A stretch of 64,000 bases of DNA from Octopus sinensis (GCF_006345805.1 NC_043003.1:110918001-110982000), one strand, 5' to 3'; positions 24,900 to 36,995 are shown, counted from the first letter of the stretch. Notes: generated by a model from the sequence alone, not told the origin. Made by a program: numbers and translations.

Positions 24900-25500
24900 G
24901 ATCAGTTTCAAGAAGAACAGGGAACATCCTGTGAGAGATGAAAATTGGAACGGCTATTGGGAAGTGACTGCAGATTTACCTGTGTGCCAGGGATTCTTTC
25001 CCATCCCAGTTAGGAAAAAAACAGGACATTTTGATGTGGTGTGAAAGAAGGAAAGTTGTAAATCTAATCGAGTTAACGGATCCTCATGAAGTTAACATGG
25101 GCGCCGCTCGGGCTCGAAAGATTGACCGTCATGTAAACCTCCTCGAGGAATGTAAAGACGCAGGCTGCAAAATGGAGCATTTTCCAATCGAAGTTGAATG
25201 CAGAGTGTTTGTTGGACACAGTGTGAGACGACTGTTGCTAACATTAGGCTTAACTCATCGTAAAATCTGATATCCAATGTACTGCGGAGAAGGCTAACCG
25301 CCGGATTTGGTTAAAAAGAGACGATGAGCAATGGCTAGAGCAATAGTGAGCTTTGTTTAATAACCAGTTAAACTAGCAGCGGGGCCTCATGTCAGTGAGG
25401 GGGCTGGTGAGCATTGATGCCGTCGAGAGGTAGGCCCCCAAACGGTGCGCATTATCTCCTGATGACTCCAATACATTTGCTGGCTTCCTGCAGTTCTCGA
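24900..25500 (+). mobile_element. 3' fragment of a HERO-like (REL endonuclease) non-LTR retrotransposon
   Basis: WEVTADL...FFPI.....DILMWCERRKVVNLIELTDPHEVNMGAARARK...LLEECKDAG....FPIEVECRVFVG.S...LL.LG...AEKANRRIWLKR matches the HERO REL pattern ADL..FP..RPD.V.WS...LIELTVPWE...ERK..KY..L..EC...PVEVGCRGF. A GC-richer 3' UTR follows. Confidence 0.8.
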
Positions 25501-26541
25501 CTGTTAGCACTTGCATGTGCAAGTTGTTTGCAAGACATTTTGGAATATAACTGATAGGATACTAATGAACAAATAGGGTTTCTTTTTCATAATGAGTTAG
25601 TGCAGATGATCTTAAAGGAAACATTTGCATAACGAAACTTCACGTCAATCAACAATGGAGATATATATATATGGGCTTAGTCAAACGGAATGATTCCGTT
25701 TGTGTTTATCAAAGTAATTTCAATAAACAACTATGATGGATACGAATTGGAGCTAAAATACTAGAGTCATTAGTGAACAAATGCATTTCAAAACTCCATT
25801 CAAATATTTACCTGTCTTTTATTTCATTCTAAGATTCTGTCATATAATTTATAAATTCTGTAAAAGATCTTTCACAAGTATTTATGCAACGTTAAACTTA
25901 AATGTGTCCAACGCTTATTTTCGTTGTCGATTCGCATAGCCTTAAATTTTTGAGGGAGGTATTTACCATAAATTTCCAAAGAAAACAGCATATATGTTAA
26001 TCGAAGGAAGATGTTCATTTAGTTTTATAATTCCCGAATGTTCAGGAAATTACCACCTGCTTCAATGTTTGTTTACTCTAGAACATTTTAAAGAATTTTC
26101 AGAGAATAATGTTAAATCAATTGGCAATTACATGTTCAAAAAATCGATACACTCCAAACAAACAGATTTGGATTTAACCTAAAGGCTTTTTGATGTTGCT
26201 CAAGGCTAACTAACGTTCCAAGATGATGTGGTGAAACAATATCTGAAGTGACGTTCAATTATACTTGTTTTCGGTGTATTCAAGCAAAATAATTTACTTG
26301 CTTAATGTGTCAGTAACGTACATACTGCCTTCTAGTGTAATAGTACGGGAAGGAATGTTCTCAAATGTACGTGCATATACACATGTACAAACTTATGTAC
26401 AATCATGCAAGACATAATCTCACAGGCACTGTGTGTGTGGTGCGTTTGTATATGCATATGTGTATATATATATATATACGCATACGTGTTTATATGTATA
26501 CATATATATACATATACATTCATATACTCATTCGTACACAC

Positions 26542-26606
<65 letters not shown>

Positions 26607-27134
26607 GATAGATAGAGATAGATAGGGAGAGATCGACAGACATAGAGAGAGATGGGTAAGATATATTAAAACTGGAAGTGAGAAAGAGAGTTAAAAAAGG
26701 TTACATTAATGAGTGGAAAGAATTAGGAGAATCTAGATAAATATAAAGTTGAGATTCACGGCGTGAATACTCTGAATGTAACGAAAGATGGAGGCGTTTG
26801 GTGTATGCTTCCATACTGATATATAGATAGATGAGTTTGATACAAAGGTTTTAACGTACGCTTAATATATGTATATCGTCTTTGTTTTTGAATATGAGTG
26901 TTTTTGAATATAAATTTTAAGAGCGGACGTTGTCTGCCACCTGCCGGTTGATTAGATACCTGATAAGGTGATTGTGAGTCTCAATAATTTCCGAGTGACT
27001 TCTTACATGATATCGATAAATATGTGTATTATGTCCTAGTTATATTCTTAAATAACGTATGTATATATTATGCATTTATGCATATATGTTATAACGCGTG
27101 TGTGTGTGTCTGTATGTGTGTGTATGTGTGTGTG

Positions 27135-27335
27135 TGTGTGCTTGTGGTTGTCCCCACAATCGCTTGACATCTGAGTTCTGTTAGTCTATGACACCGAAAT
27201 TTAGCGGTTCGGTAATTGAGATCGATATAATAAACACTCGACTGAAAATAAATAAGTACCGGATGTCAATTCGCTCCAGCAATACCTTTCAAGTAACACC
27301 TCAGCATGGCCGCAGTCGAATGACTGAAACACATA
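27135..27335 (+). mobile_element. Diverged 3' half of composite tRNA-SINE family A
   Basis: GTCCCCACAATCGCTTGACA...TTAGCGGTTCGG...CAGCATGGCCGCAGTCGAATGACTGAAAC. Confidence 0.75.
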
Positions 27336-27431
27336 AATGATATGTATAAATATGTATGTGTATGTGTATGTGTACGCGTGCACTTGCGTGCGTGTATGCA
27401 TGTATGTAAATACGTATATATATATATATAT

Positions 27432-27682
27432 TACTCTTTTACTCTTTTACTTTTTTCAGTCATTTGACTGCGGCCATGCTGGAGCACCGCTGTTAATCGA
27501 GCAACTCGACCCCGGGATTTGTTCTTTTGTAAGCCCATTACGTATTCTATTGGGGATATTTTGTCGAACCGCTAAGTAACGGGGACATAAGCACAACAAC
27601 ATCGGTTGTCAAGCAATGCTAGGGAGACAAACAGACACACAAACACACACAACCGCATATATATAGATATATAATTATATAT

Positions 27683-27725
<43 letters not shown>

Positions 27726-27909
27726 TATATATATATACATACATATATATACGGGCTTCTTTCAGTTTCCGTCTACCAAATCCACTCACAAGGCTTGATC
27801 GGCCCGAGGCTATAGTAGAAGACACTTGCCCAGGTGCCACGCAGTGGAACTGAATCCGGAACCATGTGGTTGGTAAACAGCTACATTCCCACACACCAAC
27901 TCCCCTGCG

Positions 27910-27912
<3 letters not shown>
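27432..27912 (-). mobile_element. Complete composite tRNA-SINE family A (tRNA head, CC(T)TGGGCAAGTGTCTTC domain, internal microsatellite, AAGAGT-repeat tail)
   Basis: Head at 27752-27912 with tRNA-like A/B boxes on the minus strand, (TA)/(CA) linker, and tail at 27432-27650 ending in AAAGAGT repeats. Confidence 0.9.
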
Positions 27913-27952
<40 letters not shown>

Positions 27953-28009
27953 ACATTATTGGTGAATTGAGAAATGGAGCTGAATGCAGATTGAACAGAA
28001 ATCGTTTTA

Positions 28010-28100
28010 TTTCATTCTACACGTGTTTCGAAAGGCACAAATTACCAAAATCCGATTGAATAATGGGACCATATTGTGTCTTTCTCTTCAGGAAGAAAAA
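28010..28100 (-). ncRNA. Type I hammerhead with long stem II, minus-strand copy
   Basis: UUUUCUUC-CUGAAGA-GAAAGACACAA...UUGUGCCUUUC-GAAAC-ACGU-GUA-GAAUGAAA. Stem III is the palindrome ACACGUGU. Confidence 0.8.
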
Positions 28101-28270
28101 AGAAATCCGTTGGAAAAAAACAAAAACAGAACAGAGGCGGAGCAAAAAACAAATCGAACTGTGCACCTAAGAGCCCATGTGCTCCTAAGAGCCATGGGCT
28201 CTTAGGAGCACAGTTCGATTTGTTTTTTGCTCCGCCTCTGTTCTGTTTTTGTTTTCCCACGGATTTCCTT

Positions 28271-28360
28271 TTTTCTTCCTGAAGAGAAAGACACAATATG
28301 GTCCCATTATTCAATCGGATTTTGGTAATTTGTGCCTTTCGAAACACGTGTAGAATGAAA
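28271..28360 (+). ncRNA. Type I hammerhead with long stem II, plus-strand copy
   Basis: CTGAAGA at 28279-28285, GAAAC at 28341-28345, GTA at 28350-28352. Stem II is GAAAG/CTTTC plus CACAA/TTGTG. Stem I is TTC/GAA plus TTTT/GAAA around one mismatch. Confidence 0.8.
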
Positions 28361-28565
28361 TAAAACGATTTCTGTTCAATCTGCGTTCAGCTCCATTTCT
28401 TCAATTCACCAATAATGTTTTATTTCAGTTTAATTATCCGCACCAACGCACGGTTGCAACGCCAGATGGTTGTACCTTCCAACCGTGCTGTTTACTGCTG
28501 TGATTTTTGCTACTAAGGTATCGGTTAAACTGTTGATTAATCTACTACAAGATTATTCATCTTTC

Positions 28566-28614
<49 letters not shown>

Positions 28615-29130
28615 GTGTGTGTGTATGTATGTATTAAACTGAATTACCAGCGAACTTGCGTTTTCTAGCATTTTATAGCCGTTTCATGTGTGTGTTACAT
28701 GTCTAAAATCGTTTGTGATATTCGATTCATATGCTCCTTTAATGTAAACATGTGATTCACTGAATTGTAACAAACAGCTTATCAATAATTTTACTGCAAC
28801 CCTTGTTTAGACCAAAGTTGATAGATAAAACAGAGACCTCATGAAAGGCCTGTCAGTATTGACCGCCACATATTTCTACAAGTAACTTTGACTGCATTGT
28901 ACCGAAGCTTTTTCTATTTTTAAATTGGTCAATGCGTGCTATAAGGGAAATTTATCTCCTTTTACTGCTAAGTTGAGTAATTATGTAATGGCTTTCTCGA
29001 TAGCTTATATTCATACTGTGTTTCTAATCAAAAGAAAAATTAGGATAACGGACGAATAGAGCTTATCAAAAACATAGTATGTTAGTGCAAAATACATATT
29101 TACTAATATGTGTTGATATGAACAAGGTCA

Positions 29131-30000
29131 AAGGCGGCAGCTGTTAGAATCGTTAGGACGCAGATTAAAATGCTTAGCAGCATTTCGTTTGTCTTCTGTT
29201 TCTGAATTCAAATGCTACTGATATCAATTTTGCCTTTCATCTTTTCCGGGTCGATAAAATACGTACCACTCGAAAACTGAAATAGATATAACTGACTAAA
29301 TTATATTTTTTCGAAACTGCTAACTTTGTGCTAAAATTTGAAACCGATATTAGCAAGTTTAAAGGCACTAAGCTGGTAGAATCGTTAGCATGCCAGGCAC
29401 AATGATTAGCGGTATTTTGTCCGTACTTGCGTTCTGAGCTCAAATTCCGCTGAGGTCAACTTTCGGGCTTCGTAAAATAAGTACCAGTTTTAATCGACTT
29501 ACTCCTACCACTAAATCACTGGACTTGTGCCAAACTTTGGCACCAATATATAGCAAGGTCAGCGGAGGTACCCTAGCAAAATCGTTAGCACGACATGCAA
29601 TATTCTTCCGTCTTTACTTTCCGACTTGAAATTCCACCAGGATTGACTTTGCTTTTCATCTTTTCGAGGTCGGTAAAAATAAGTACCTTTCGACCACTAG
29701 GATGGATGTAATCGACTTAGACCCTCCTCGAAGTAGCTGACTTTGTACCAATAATTGAAACCAATATTAATATCTTATACTAAGGCAGCGGGGCTGGCAG
29801 AATCGTCAGCACGCCGGCAAAACGCTTAGCAGGATTTCATCCGTCGTTACTGTCTGAGTTCCAATTCTGCCGAGGTCGACTTTGTCTTTCATCACTTCGG
29901 GAAAGATAAAATATAAACCAGTTGAACATTGGCTACATGAAATCGGCTTACTCCATCCCTCGAAATTGCTGGCCTTGTAACAAAATTTGAAACGAATGTT
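29131..30000 (+). mobile_element. Four head-to-tail diverged copies of tRNA-SINE family B
   Basis: Each unit has AAGGC..GAGCTGGCAGAATCGTTAGC...GAGGTCGACTTTGCCTTTCATCC...GATAAAAT.AGTACC...TTGTGCCAAAATTTGAAACC. Starts at about 29131, 29362, 29555 and 29782. Confidence 0.88.
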
Positions 30001-30335
30001 AGCTATGTCATATACCATATGGAAAAGAAGAGCAAGTAATATAAAGAACATATTTTTATGGAGTAGATTATGTGTATATCATAAAAATATATCTTTGACA
30101 ATTATTTTTCTAGATTTCACATCGACGAATGATGTTGATAAGTCCAACGAATCTCATTTTTCTTGAAGTATTGATATAATGATCAGAATTTATGTGAAAA
30201 ATTAGTGCATCGATGACAACGAGAAATACTACTATGTAACGAAATTTAATTAAATGATTTCAAATAAAAATATATAAACCATATTTGCAGTTTTTGTCAA
30301 CAATAATTTAACTGAAGAAAAGGTTTCTTTGAACC

Positions 30336-30361
30336 ATGAATGAGCTGGCAAAATCTTCTGG
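30336..30361 (+). CDS. Candidate start-codon exon (exon 30291-30361), peptide MNELAKSSG
   Basis: Acceptor ATATTTGCAG, ACC-ATG context and donor GG|GTACGT (phase 2). Phase-compatible with 32318-32558. Unverified. Confidence 0.25.
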
Positions 30362-30467
30362 GTACGTTGGAGTTTCGTTTTGTAAGCTTAATGTACACAG
30401 TTTTACAGACTCTCTCTTTTCCGGTCTTTTTATATCTACATATACACATATACACCCCTTTATATAC

Positions 30468-30499
<32 letters not shown>

Positions 30500-31554
30500 T
30501 TATTATGTGGTAAGGCTTCAACAAGTATATAATGTGGTGATGCTTCAACAAGAGTAAAGGTAATCTTTAAACTAAAAAATTTTAAAAAGCACAAATCTTG
30601 TAAATACATCTAATTATTATTTCCTGCTTGAAATAATAATTTATTCCTCTATTTATCAAGCTGAAAACAAGACCGTTCGCTAATTGTCTTTTGGGCAGAT
30701 AAAGTTTAAACAAGAAACACTTGTAAAGAAGACATGAAAAAAAACAACACAAGGAATATAAAGAATATTACAATAATTCAATGCCAAGTAGATGGACTAC
30801 TTAGAAATACCGATAAGATGTATTTCTTGAAATTAAGACGTACATAAAAAATCTTGCCCCTTGAATACATGGATTCGTTAGAGTTTCTCAACTTTTTAAA
30901 TAGATACAATTTATCACGAGAACATACTGAATATTGTTTAGACACGTTCATTTAAGCGAATATCAATTTAAATGATCCAAGTAGCAGTCGGTGTTAAGCA
31001 TACATGATTAACTATATCCTACAATTAGATTCCAATAAATGCAAGTACAAGTTAATTCGACATGTATGACACCAAATATCGTTAAGAATTTAAAGAAAGT
31101 CGGAGTATATGAGGACAAAAATGAGAATGGAGAAAATAATATCATGAAATTGGTAATTACATCATAAAATACCGACGATCGCTTCTGTTATTTCATCATA
31201 TTTCGATACAGAAAATATCAGTCAAATTGATATATCCTAAAACATATGCTAATTTAACGTTATCAAGGTAACCCAAAATTGGTTTAATTTAAAGTGAACT
31301 AAAAACAAAAATATCTAGTAGATGAACCATTTGAAAACAAAGTTAAGAAGAAATATAATATTCTAAGGGAAACCAATTCAATATTTAATTTTTCATGACG
31401 TTAGTAGATAACAAAAGAAAGAAAATTCAGCATACGAATTCTACGTTACGTCATTTAAAAGTAGAGATACTAGGATTTGTACCTATAGTACAAAAGGAAT
31501 ATTCTTATTATTATTATCATTATTATCATCATCATCATCATCATCATCATTATT

Positions 31555-31785
31555 AAGGCGGTGAGCTGGCAGAATCGTTATAAGCGGGGGGGGGGATGCT
31601 TAACAGTATTTTGTCCGTCTGTACAATCCGTGGTCAAATTCCACCGAGGTTGACTTTGCTTTTCATCCTTTCGCAGTCAATAAAACAAGTGTCAGTTGAA
31701 CAACACTGGCGTTGCTGTTTTCGAATTCTCCACTTCTCTGTAATTGCTGGACTAGAACCAACATTTGAATCTATTATTATTATAC
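31555..31785 (+). mobile_element. tRNA-SINE family B copy
   Basis: AAGGCGGTGAGCTGGCAGAATCGTTA...GAGGTTGACTTTGCTTTTCATCCTTTCG. Confidence 0.85.
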
Positions 31786-32317
31786 CACATAAAGACATTC
31801 TATTTGAAATCAAACAATTTCAGGCAAGAAATGCATAATAGTAAATGGATATAAGCTACTGTAATTTCATATGGCATTATATTGAACATATCGCGTTCAT
31901 TTATTATTTAAAGTATATTTCATAAAGAAATGTCTTAATATTAAAGGTTAGTGACCTCAATCATTCAATTGCCTCTGTTTGGATATATCTTAATAGCGAA
32001 TCTTAGCCAAAGAACATCCAGACAATGAACGAATAAATTTTTAAAGCGAACGCAACAAAAGTTGTATCAGTTATGATACATCTCCAGGAATGAAATATCT
32101 AAATTATGAAATGTTTTACAACTATTCAAAGATATATATAACAATTAATGTAATGAATACGTGTATATGAATGGGAATCAGAATATTACCATAATTTTTC
32201 ATCAACGGAAAACGAGAACTTATATAAGGTTTCATAATTGGATGTTACGTACGAACATGGCTCTACAGATTCAAATACGTAGTTTCTTTCTTACTTTTTT
32301 CCCCTTTGTTGTTACAG

Positions 32318-32558
32318 ATCTAAGAGAAGGAATGAAAATGCCGCTTCAAGAGAGCATACCCCAACTCTTCCCGTTATCCATATATTGAAGGGAAAGGACG
32401 AAATTTGCTTCATAGATTTTGATACAAGTGCCGTTGCAAGAATTGCAACCACAAATCAGCACGGAACGTTGGAATGCCTAAGGGATTGTAGTTGCAGATC
32501 CGTCATCAATTATTTACACAACCATACTCGATGTTTACCAGCACACAAAGGACAAAAT
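32318..32558 (+). CDS. Candidate internal exon, unknown product (SKRRNENAASREHTP...CLRDCSCRSVINYLHNHTRCLPAHKGQN)
   Basis: Strong polypyrimidine acceptor TTTTTTCCCCTTTGTTGTTACAG, one frame open for 80 codons, donor AAT|GTACGT. No recognised domain. Confidence 0.3.
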
Positions 32559-32734
32559 GTACGTGTTTAACTCAATACTGCTCATTTTGTATAGAAGTGA
32601 GATATCTCTTTCGGAAATACATTTCAGAAAGATTCTTCTGTAAGTTTATTTTATGCAATCTACGGCACAAAATATTTCATGAATAGAATTAATTATGCTT
32701 ATTTATACAAAGAAAGACAAATACATATTTAATA

Positions 32735-32827
<93 letters not shown>

Positions 32828-32873
32828 GTATATATATACATATATATGTATATATATATATATACATGAATAT

Positions 32874-32926
<53 letters not shown>

Positions 32927-33020
32927 CATATATATACATGAATATATATATATTATATATATACATATATATATATATATACATGAATATATATATATAT
33001 ACATATATATATATACATGA

Positions 33021-33059
<39 letters not shown>

Positions 33060-33094
33060 CACATGAATATATATATACATATATATATATATGA

Positions 33095-33131
<37 letters not shown>

Positions 33132-33160
33132 CATGAATATATATATATATGTGTGTATAT
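32735..33160. repeat. (TATC)n array followed by (TA)n with a recurring ACATGAAT unit
   Basis: Directly visible. Confidence 0.9.
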
Positions 33161-33749
33161 ATATATATGTATATATATATTTTATATGTATATGTGTATA
33201 TATAAATATATACGTGTGTGTAAATTGATATTCATCTACTTGCGAGTGTGTGTATATGTGTGTGTGGGGTTCCGGTGAGTGTGTCCCCGTGTGTGCGCAT
33301 GATGTTTTTTAATCTTTGAGAAATTACCAATACGAGTTTCACTATATTTTTTTTTCTGCATGTATACCTTTGTAATTCCTAACCGTGTAACATGTAATTA
33401 TTCTGCTAACAGAATTGACCAGAAATTTTGAATGCTCTACCTGCCTCATTTAGAATATCGATATAAATGCACTTGATTACTGTGCTTCACGAAGACACAG
33501 CTAACATTATGCATTCTTTTATTCTGTTATTCTTTTATCGGTTTCAGTCATATGACTGCGGCCATGCTGGAACACTACCGTTTAGTCGAACACTTAGACT
33601 CCAGGACATACTTTGTTAAAGCCTGGTACTTATTCTATCAGGTCCTTTTGCCGAACCGCTAATTACGGGGGACATAAATACACCAGCACCAGTTTTCAAG
33701 GGGTGATGGGGAGGTCAAACAGAGACACAAACACACACACACACACACA

Positions 33750-35582
33750 TATCATCATCATCATTGTTCGACCGTGGTCGAGACAATGGAATTTACTATG
33801 CTACGCCAGACTTCACGGTCCATCATGGCATTACGGAGGTCCTGTTGCTGGATGCCTGTATCCCTGGAGATTACATTAGGGTAGGAGAGTGTGCGCCCTC
33901 TGGTATTGCGAGTAGATGGCTTCCAGAGGAGAAGAGTAGAAATTACTTCTTTTTCAGCTCTACAACAATGTCCATCAAACTGGACTCTCCTACCTTTCAC
34001 AAGAGATGACACAGGTGGTAGTTTCCCATATATTTGCATTTTGGTTGGATGGCGCTTCCACGAGAGATTTTGAGCTCTCATAAGGAGGCGAGTGTAGGTT
34101 CTATCCAACCGCCTCTCAAGCTTCTTTGATAACGTCCAGGTTTCTGAGCCATATGGTAGAATTGGTTTGACTGTGGCTTTGAATATTTCAAGTTTGAAGT
34201 CTCTACTTAGATTTGATGACCAGATCTTATGCATGTCATTACAGGCTGACCAGGCCATACCCTTTCTAGTTAGAAAGTCTTTTCCAGATGATGATATGTA
34301 TGACCCAATATATTTATAATCAGAAACCATATTTAAGGGCGCATTGTTGTGAGTATGGATGAAGCAATCACTGTTGGACAGGCACTTGTTTATGTATTCA
34401 GTTTTGGCCTCATTGAGGTAAAGACCTACACAATTTGAGGCTTGTTCAAGAGATTGTAAAAGAGACTGGGCATTGGAGAGAGAATCACTGATAAGAGCGA
34501 TGTCGTCAGCAAAGTCAGTGTCTGTCAAGTACTCAGCTGGGTGTCTGGAACTTCTTCTTGGTTTTATTTCAAAGCCCTTGCCAGAGATGGTATCAACTGA
34601 CATACGTAGCACATAATCAACAACAACGATGAAAAGAAATGGGGCGAGTGGGTCTCCCTGCAGTATTCCGGCTTTGATTGAGAAAGATGACGTTTCTCCG
34701 TCAGGGGTTAAGATGGTTGAAGACGCGTCTGTGTAGAGGACCTTGATAGCAGAAATGATTTTGTCTGGTATCCCATAGAGCTTAAGGATTTCAAACATCT
34801 TGTACCTATCTACAGAATCGAACGCTTTAGAAAAGTCTACAAATACCATTGCAAGATCGCGATTAAATGCTTTTGATTCTTCAATAAGTCTGCATAGGCA
34901 TAGTATCTGGCTCAGCGTTGAGCGCTCATTTCTGAATCCATTTTGGAACTTTCGGAGCAAAGGTTCAACAAAAAGGACAATACGATTTAGGATCAATTTG
35001 TTGTACAGTTTTGCAGCAATTGACATTAGAGATATACCCCTGTAGTTGGTGACGAGGGATAAATCGCCTGTTTTGGGTATTGGAATGATTTGAGATTGGT
35101 GCCAAATCTTTGGAGCAACAAAGGTGGAAAGTGTGTGGTTGCAGAGGTTGAGCAAAGGTGTGTGAAATCTATCATCCTTCCAAATTACAGCTGGGATGTT
35201 GTCGGGACCAAATACTTTCGAGGCTTTTAGTTGCTTGGTGGCTGTTGTTAGTTCAAATATGGTAAAAGGGGAGGTGTTGATGTCCAGCGTGTCTGATATA
35301 GGCACACTTGGAAGAGTGGGGTTATCAGGGATTTTGGCATTCTTCCCAAGGAGGTTTATAAATTGGGTTGACCAATTTTCTAAACGATTCTTAGCTGATC
35401 CCCCTTTAATTCTAATTGATGACCCAGAATTTTTGCCTGATAGGTCTTTGATGGATTTCCAGACGAGATGGTGTTTTTTTACTAATGTGCTCTTTGGATA
35501 GTTTACTAATTTTGCCATTGATAAAGTCGACCTCGGCGTTCAAGTAAGCCTCATCAAGATTCTTCTTGGCAGCTATGAGTTG
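33750..35582 (-). mobile_element. 5'-truncated RTE-clade LINE with (TGA)n tail
   Basis: RT ORF followed directly by TGATGATGATGA. No APE domain. The 5' end abuts (TA)n. Confidence 0.92.
33761..35518 (-). CDS. RTE reverse transcriptase, open frame of 585 codons, N-terminally truncated
   Basis: Motifs GPDNIP, NYRGISLMSIAAKLY, FVDFSKAFDSV, QGDPLAPFLF, DFADDIAL, YKYIGSYI and YGSETW. The true upstream frame (QLIAAKKNLDEAYLNAEVDFINGKISKL) continues to ~35580 across a +1 A in an A7 run. Confidence 0.9.
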   Translation of the reverse strand: MAKLVNYPKSTLVKKHHLVWKSIKDLSGKNSGSSIRIKGGSAKNRLENWSTQFINLLGKNAKIPDNPTLPSVPISDTLDINTSPFTIFELTTATKQLKASKVFGPDNIPAVIWKDDRFHTPLLNLCNHTLSTFVAPKIWHQSQIIPIPKTGDLSLVTNYRGISLMSIAAKLYNKLILNRIVLFVEPLLRKFQNGFRNERSTLSQILCLCRLIEESKAFNRDLAMVFVDFSKAFDSVDRYKMFEILKLYGIPDKIISAIKVLYTDASSTILTPDGETSSFSIKAGILQGDPLAPFLFIVVVDYVLRMSVDTISGKGFEIKPRRSSRHPAEYLTDTDFADDIALISDSLSNAQSLLQSLEQASNCVGLYLNEAKTEYINKCLSNSDCFIHTHNNAPLNMVSDYKYIGSYISSSGKDFLTRKGMAWSACNDMHKIWSSNLSRDFKLEIFKATVKPILPYGSETWTLSKKLERRLDRTYTRLLMRAQNLSWKRHPTKMQIYGKLPPVSSLVKGRRVQFDGHCCRAEKEVISTLLLWKPSTRNTRGRTLSYPNVISRDTGIQQQDLRNAMMDREVWRSIVNSIVSTTVEQ

Positions 35583-35583
35583 G

Positions 35584-35618
<35 letters not shown>

Positions 35619-35977
35619 CCTTATATATATAAACGACGAGCTTCTTTCAGTTTTCAGCCTGACAAATCCACTCAGAAGGCTTTGGTCGCCCCGAGTCAAC
35701 AGTAGCCCAAGGTGCCACGCAGTGCAGCTTAACCCAGAACCGTGTGATTGGGAAACAAGCTTCTTGCCACAGCCAAGTATTAAAGATAACCGTTAACAAA
35801 TATGGATGTATAAAAACCCATCAGGCAAACTGCATGTCACGAGTACACTCACTCATGCAAGATAGATAGATAGATAAAAAGATATATAGATAGATAGATA
35901 AAAAGATATATAGATAGATATATAAAAAGATATATAGATAGATAAAAAAAAGTATATATATATATAGATAGATAGAT

Positions 35978-36054
<77 letters not shown>

Positions 36055-36631
36055 ACCCTGTCCGTTTGATTATTCTCTCTCAGTTAAATTTCATGAGAGT
36101 ATACAATAATATTCACCTAATTTGGACATACAACCTCTAGAAAAACAACACGTGTTTACTGATAATTCTGCATTCGCTAATATACAATATAAAATGTAGT
36201 ACGCGCACTTGATATTTCTATTCTTCGTTCACAAAACACCTATGCTCTATAACAATGCTACGAACTCGCTTATCAGCTTCCTATTATATTTTGTATTTTA
36301 AAATTTCCTCACTAAACGTATTTGTGCAAAAAGCAATCTCCAAATTAAAGGTTTCTGACATCTTACCGGCACACATTTATCGCACAGGCATCAGAGTTCA
36401 CATGCTGGAACTAAGATAAACTGCATCGACCTCAACTTATAATTAAATATAGCATATGGTATTTCCTGAGCTTTCCATCCGATTTTACAGTTGCTACAAA
36501 TACCAATATTTTGTTTTGTATATATCTTTCTTCCTGATACAGTACAATTTTACAATTGCATTTCATTCTCTACTATTCTCACCGTTTATACCTAACTACC
36601 TACATGCATACATACATACATACACACACAC

Positions 36632-36689
<58 letters not shown>

Positions 36690-36995
36690 AGAGTTTACGA
36701 AAAAAAACAACAGATGAAGACAGGTGGTGTACAAAACAACAGATGTATTAGTATAAAGCTCAGGAATAGAAAAAAAGTATTTTACGTTTTGAGCCTACGC
36801 TCTTCTACTGAAAGGGATACAGAAAAAACAAGGAGAGAAAAAAGAAAAAAACAAGGGGAGAAAAATAATAGAGAATAAAAGGAGAGATGAAAAAGAAGAG
36901 AAAAACAAGGAGAGACACAAGGAGAGAGAAAATGTGTGTAGCGGCGACTGTGTGTAGTGGCTACACAAATACGTGTTTGCGTGCACGGAAGTGTG
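36690..36995 (-). mobile_element. Decayed Neptune-type pLTR end with hammerhead remnant (~36775-36820)
   Basis: Minus strand reads TTTCAGTAGAAGAGC-GTAG-GCTC-AAAACGTAAAATAC...CCTGAGC...ACTAATAC, parallel to the 8211 and 14443 pLTR end. Confidence 0.55.

Larger units (their letters stand above)
27952..28419. mobile_element. 468-bp near-perfect palindrome of a PLE-type pLTR end carrying two hammerheads
   Basis: Arms of ~225 bp are about 97% identical by eye. The 13-nt spacer TGCTCCTAAGAGC is itself a copy of arm sequence. There is one HHR per strand. Confidence 0.88.
33520..35775 (-). mobile_element. SINE family A split by an RTE insertion (tail 33520-33750, head 35631-35775)
   Basis: Tail and head are in the same orientation on either side of the RTE, and the junctions lie in the SINE's internal (CA)/(TA) linker. 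Confidence 0.65.

Noticed and set aside
25415-25470. GTC-GAGAG…AAAC…CTC-CTGATGA in the HERO-like 3' UTR as a permuted hammerhead
   Set aside because: The order of the elements cannot form stem II between CUGAUGA and GAAA, and the GAAA is CAAA.
35480-35540. ATG start MAKLVNY of the RTE ORF, and an apparent SINE B fragment AAAGTCGACCTCGGCG
   Set aside because: The upstream RTE frame (…AYLNAEVDFINGKISKL) runs through both. The ATG is out of frame, and the SINE match is chance similarity within coding sequence.
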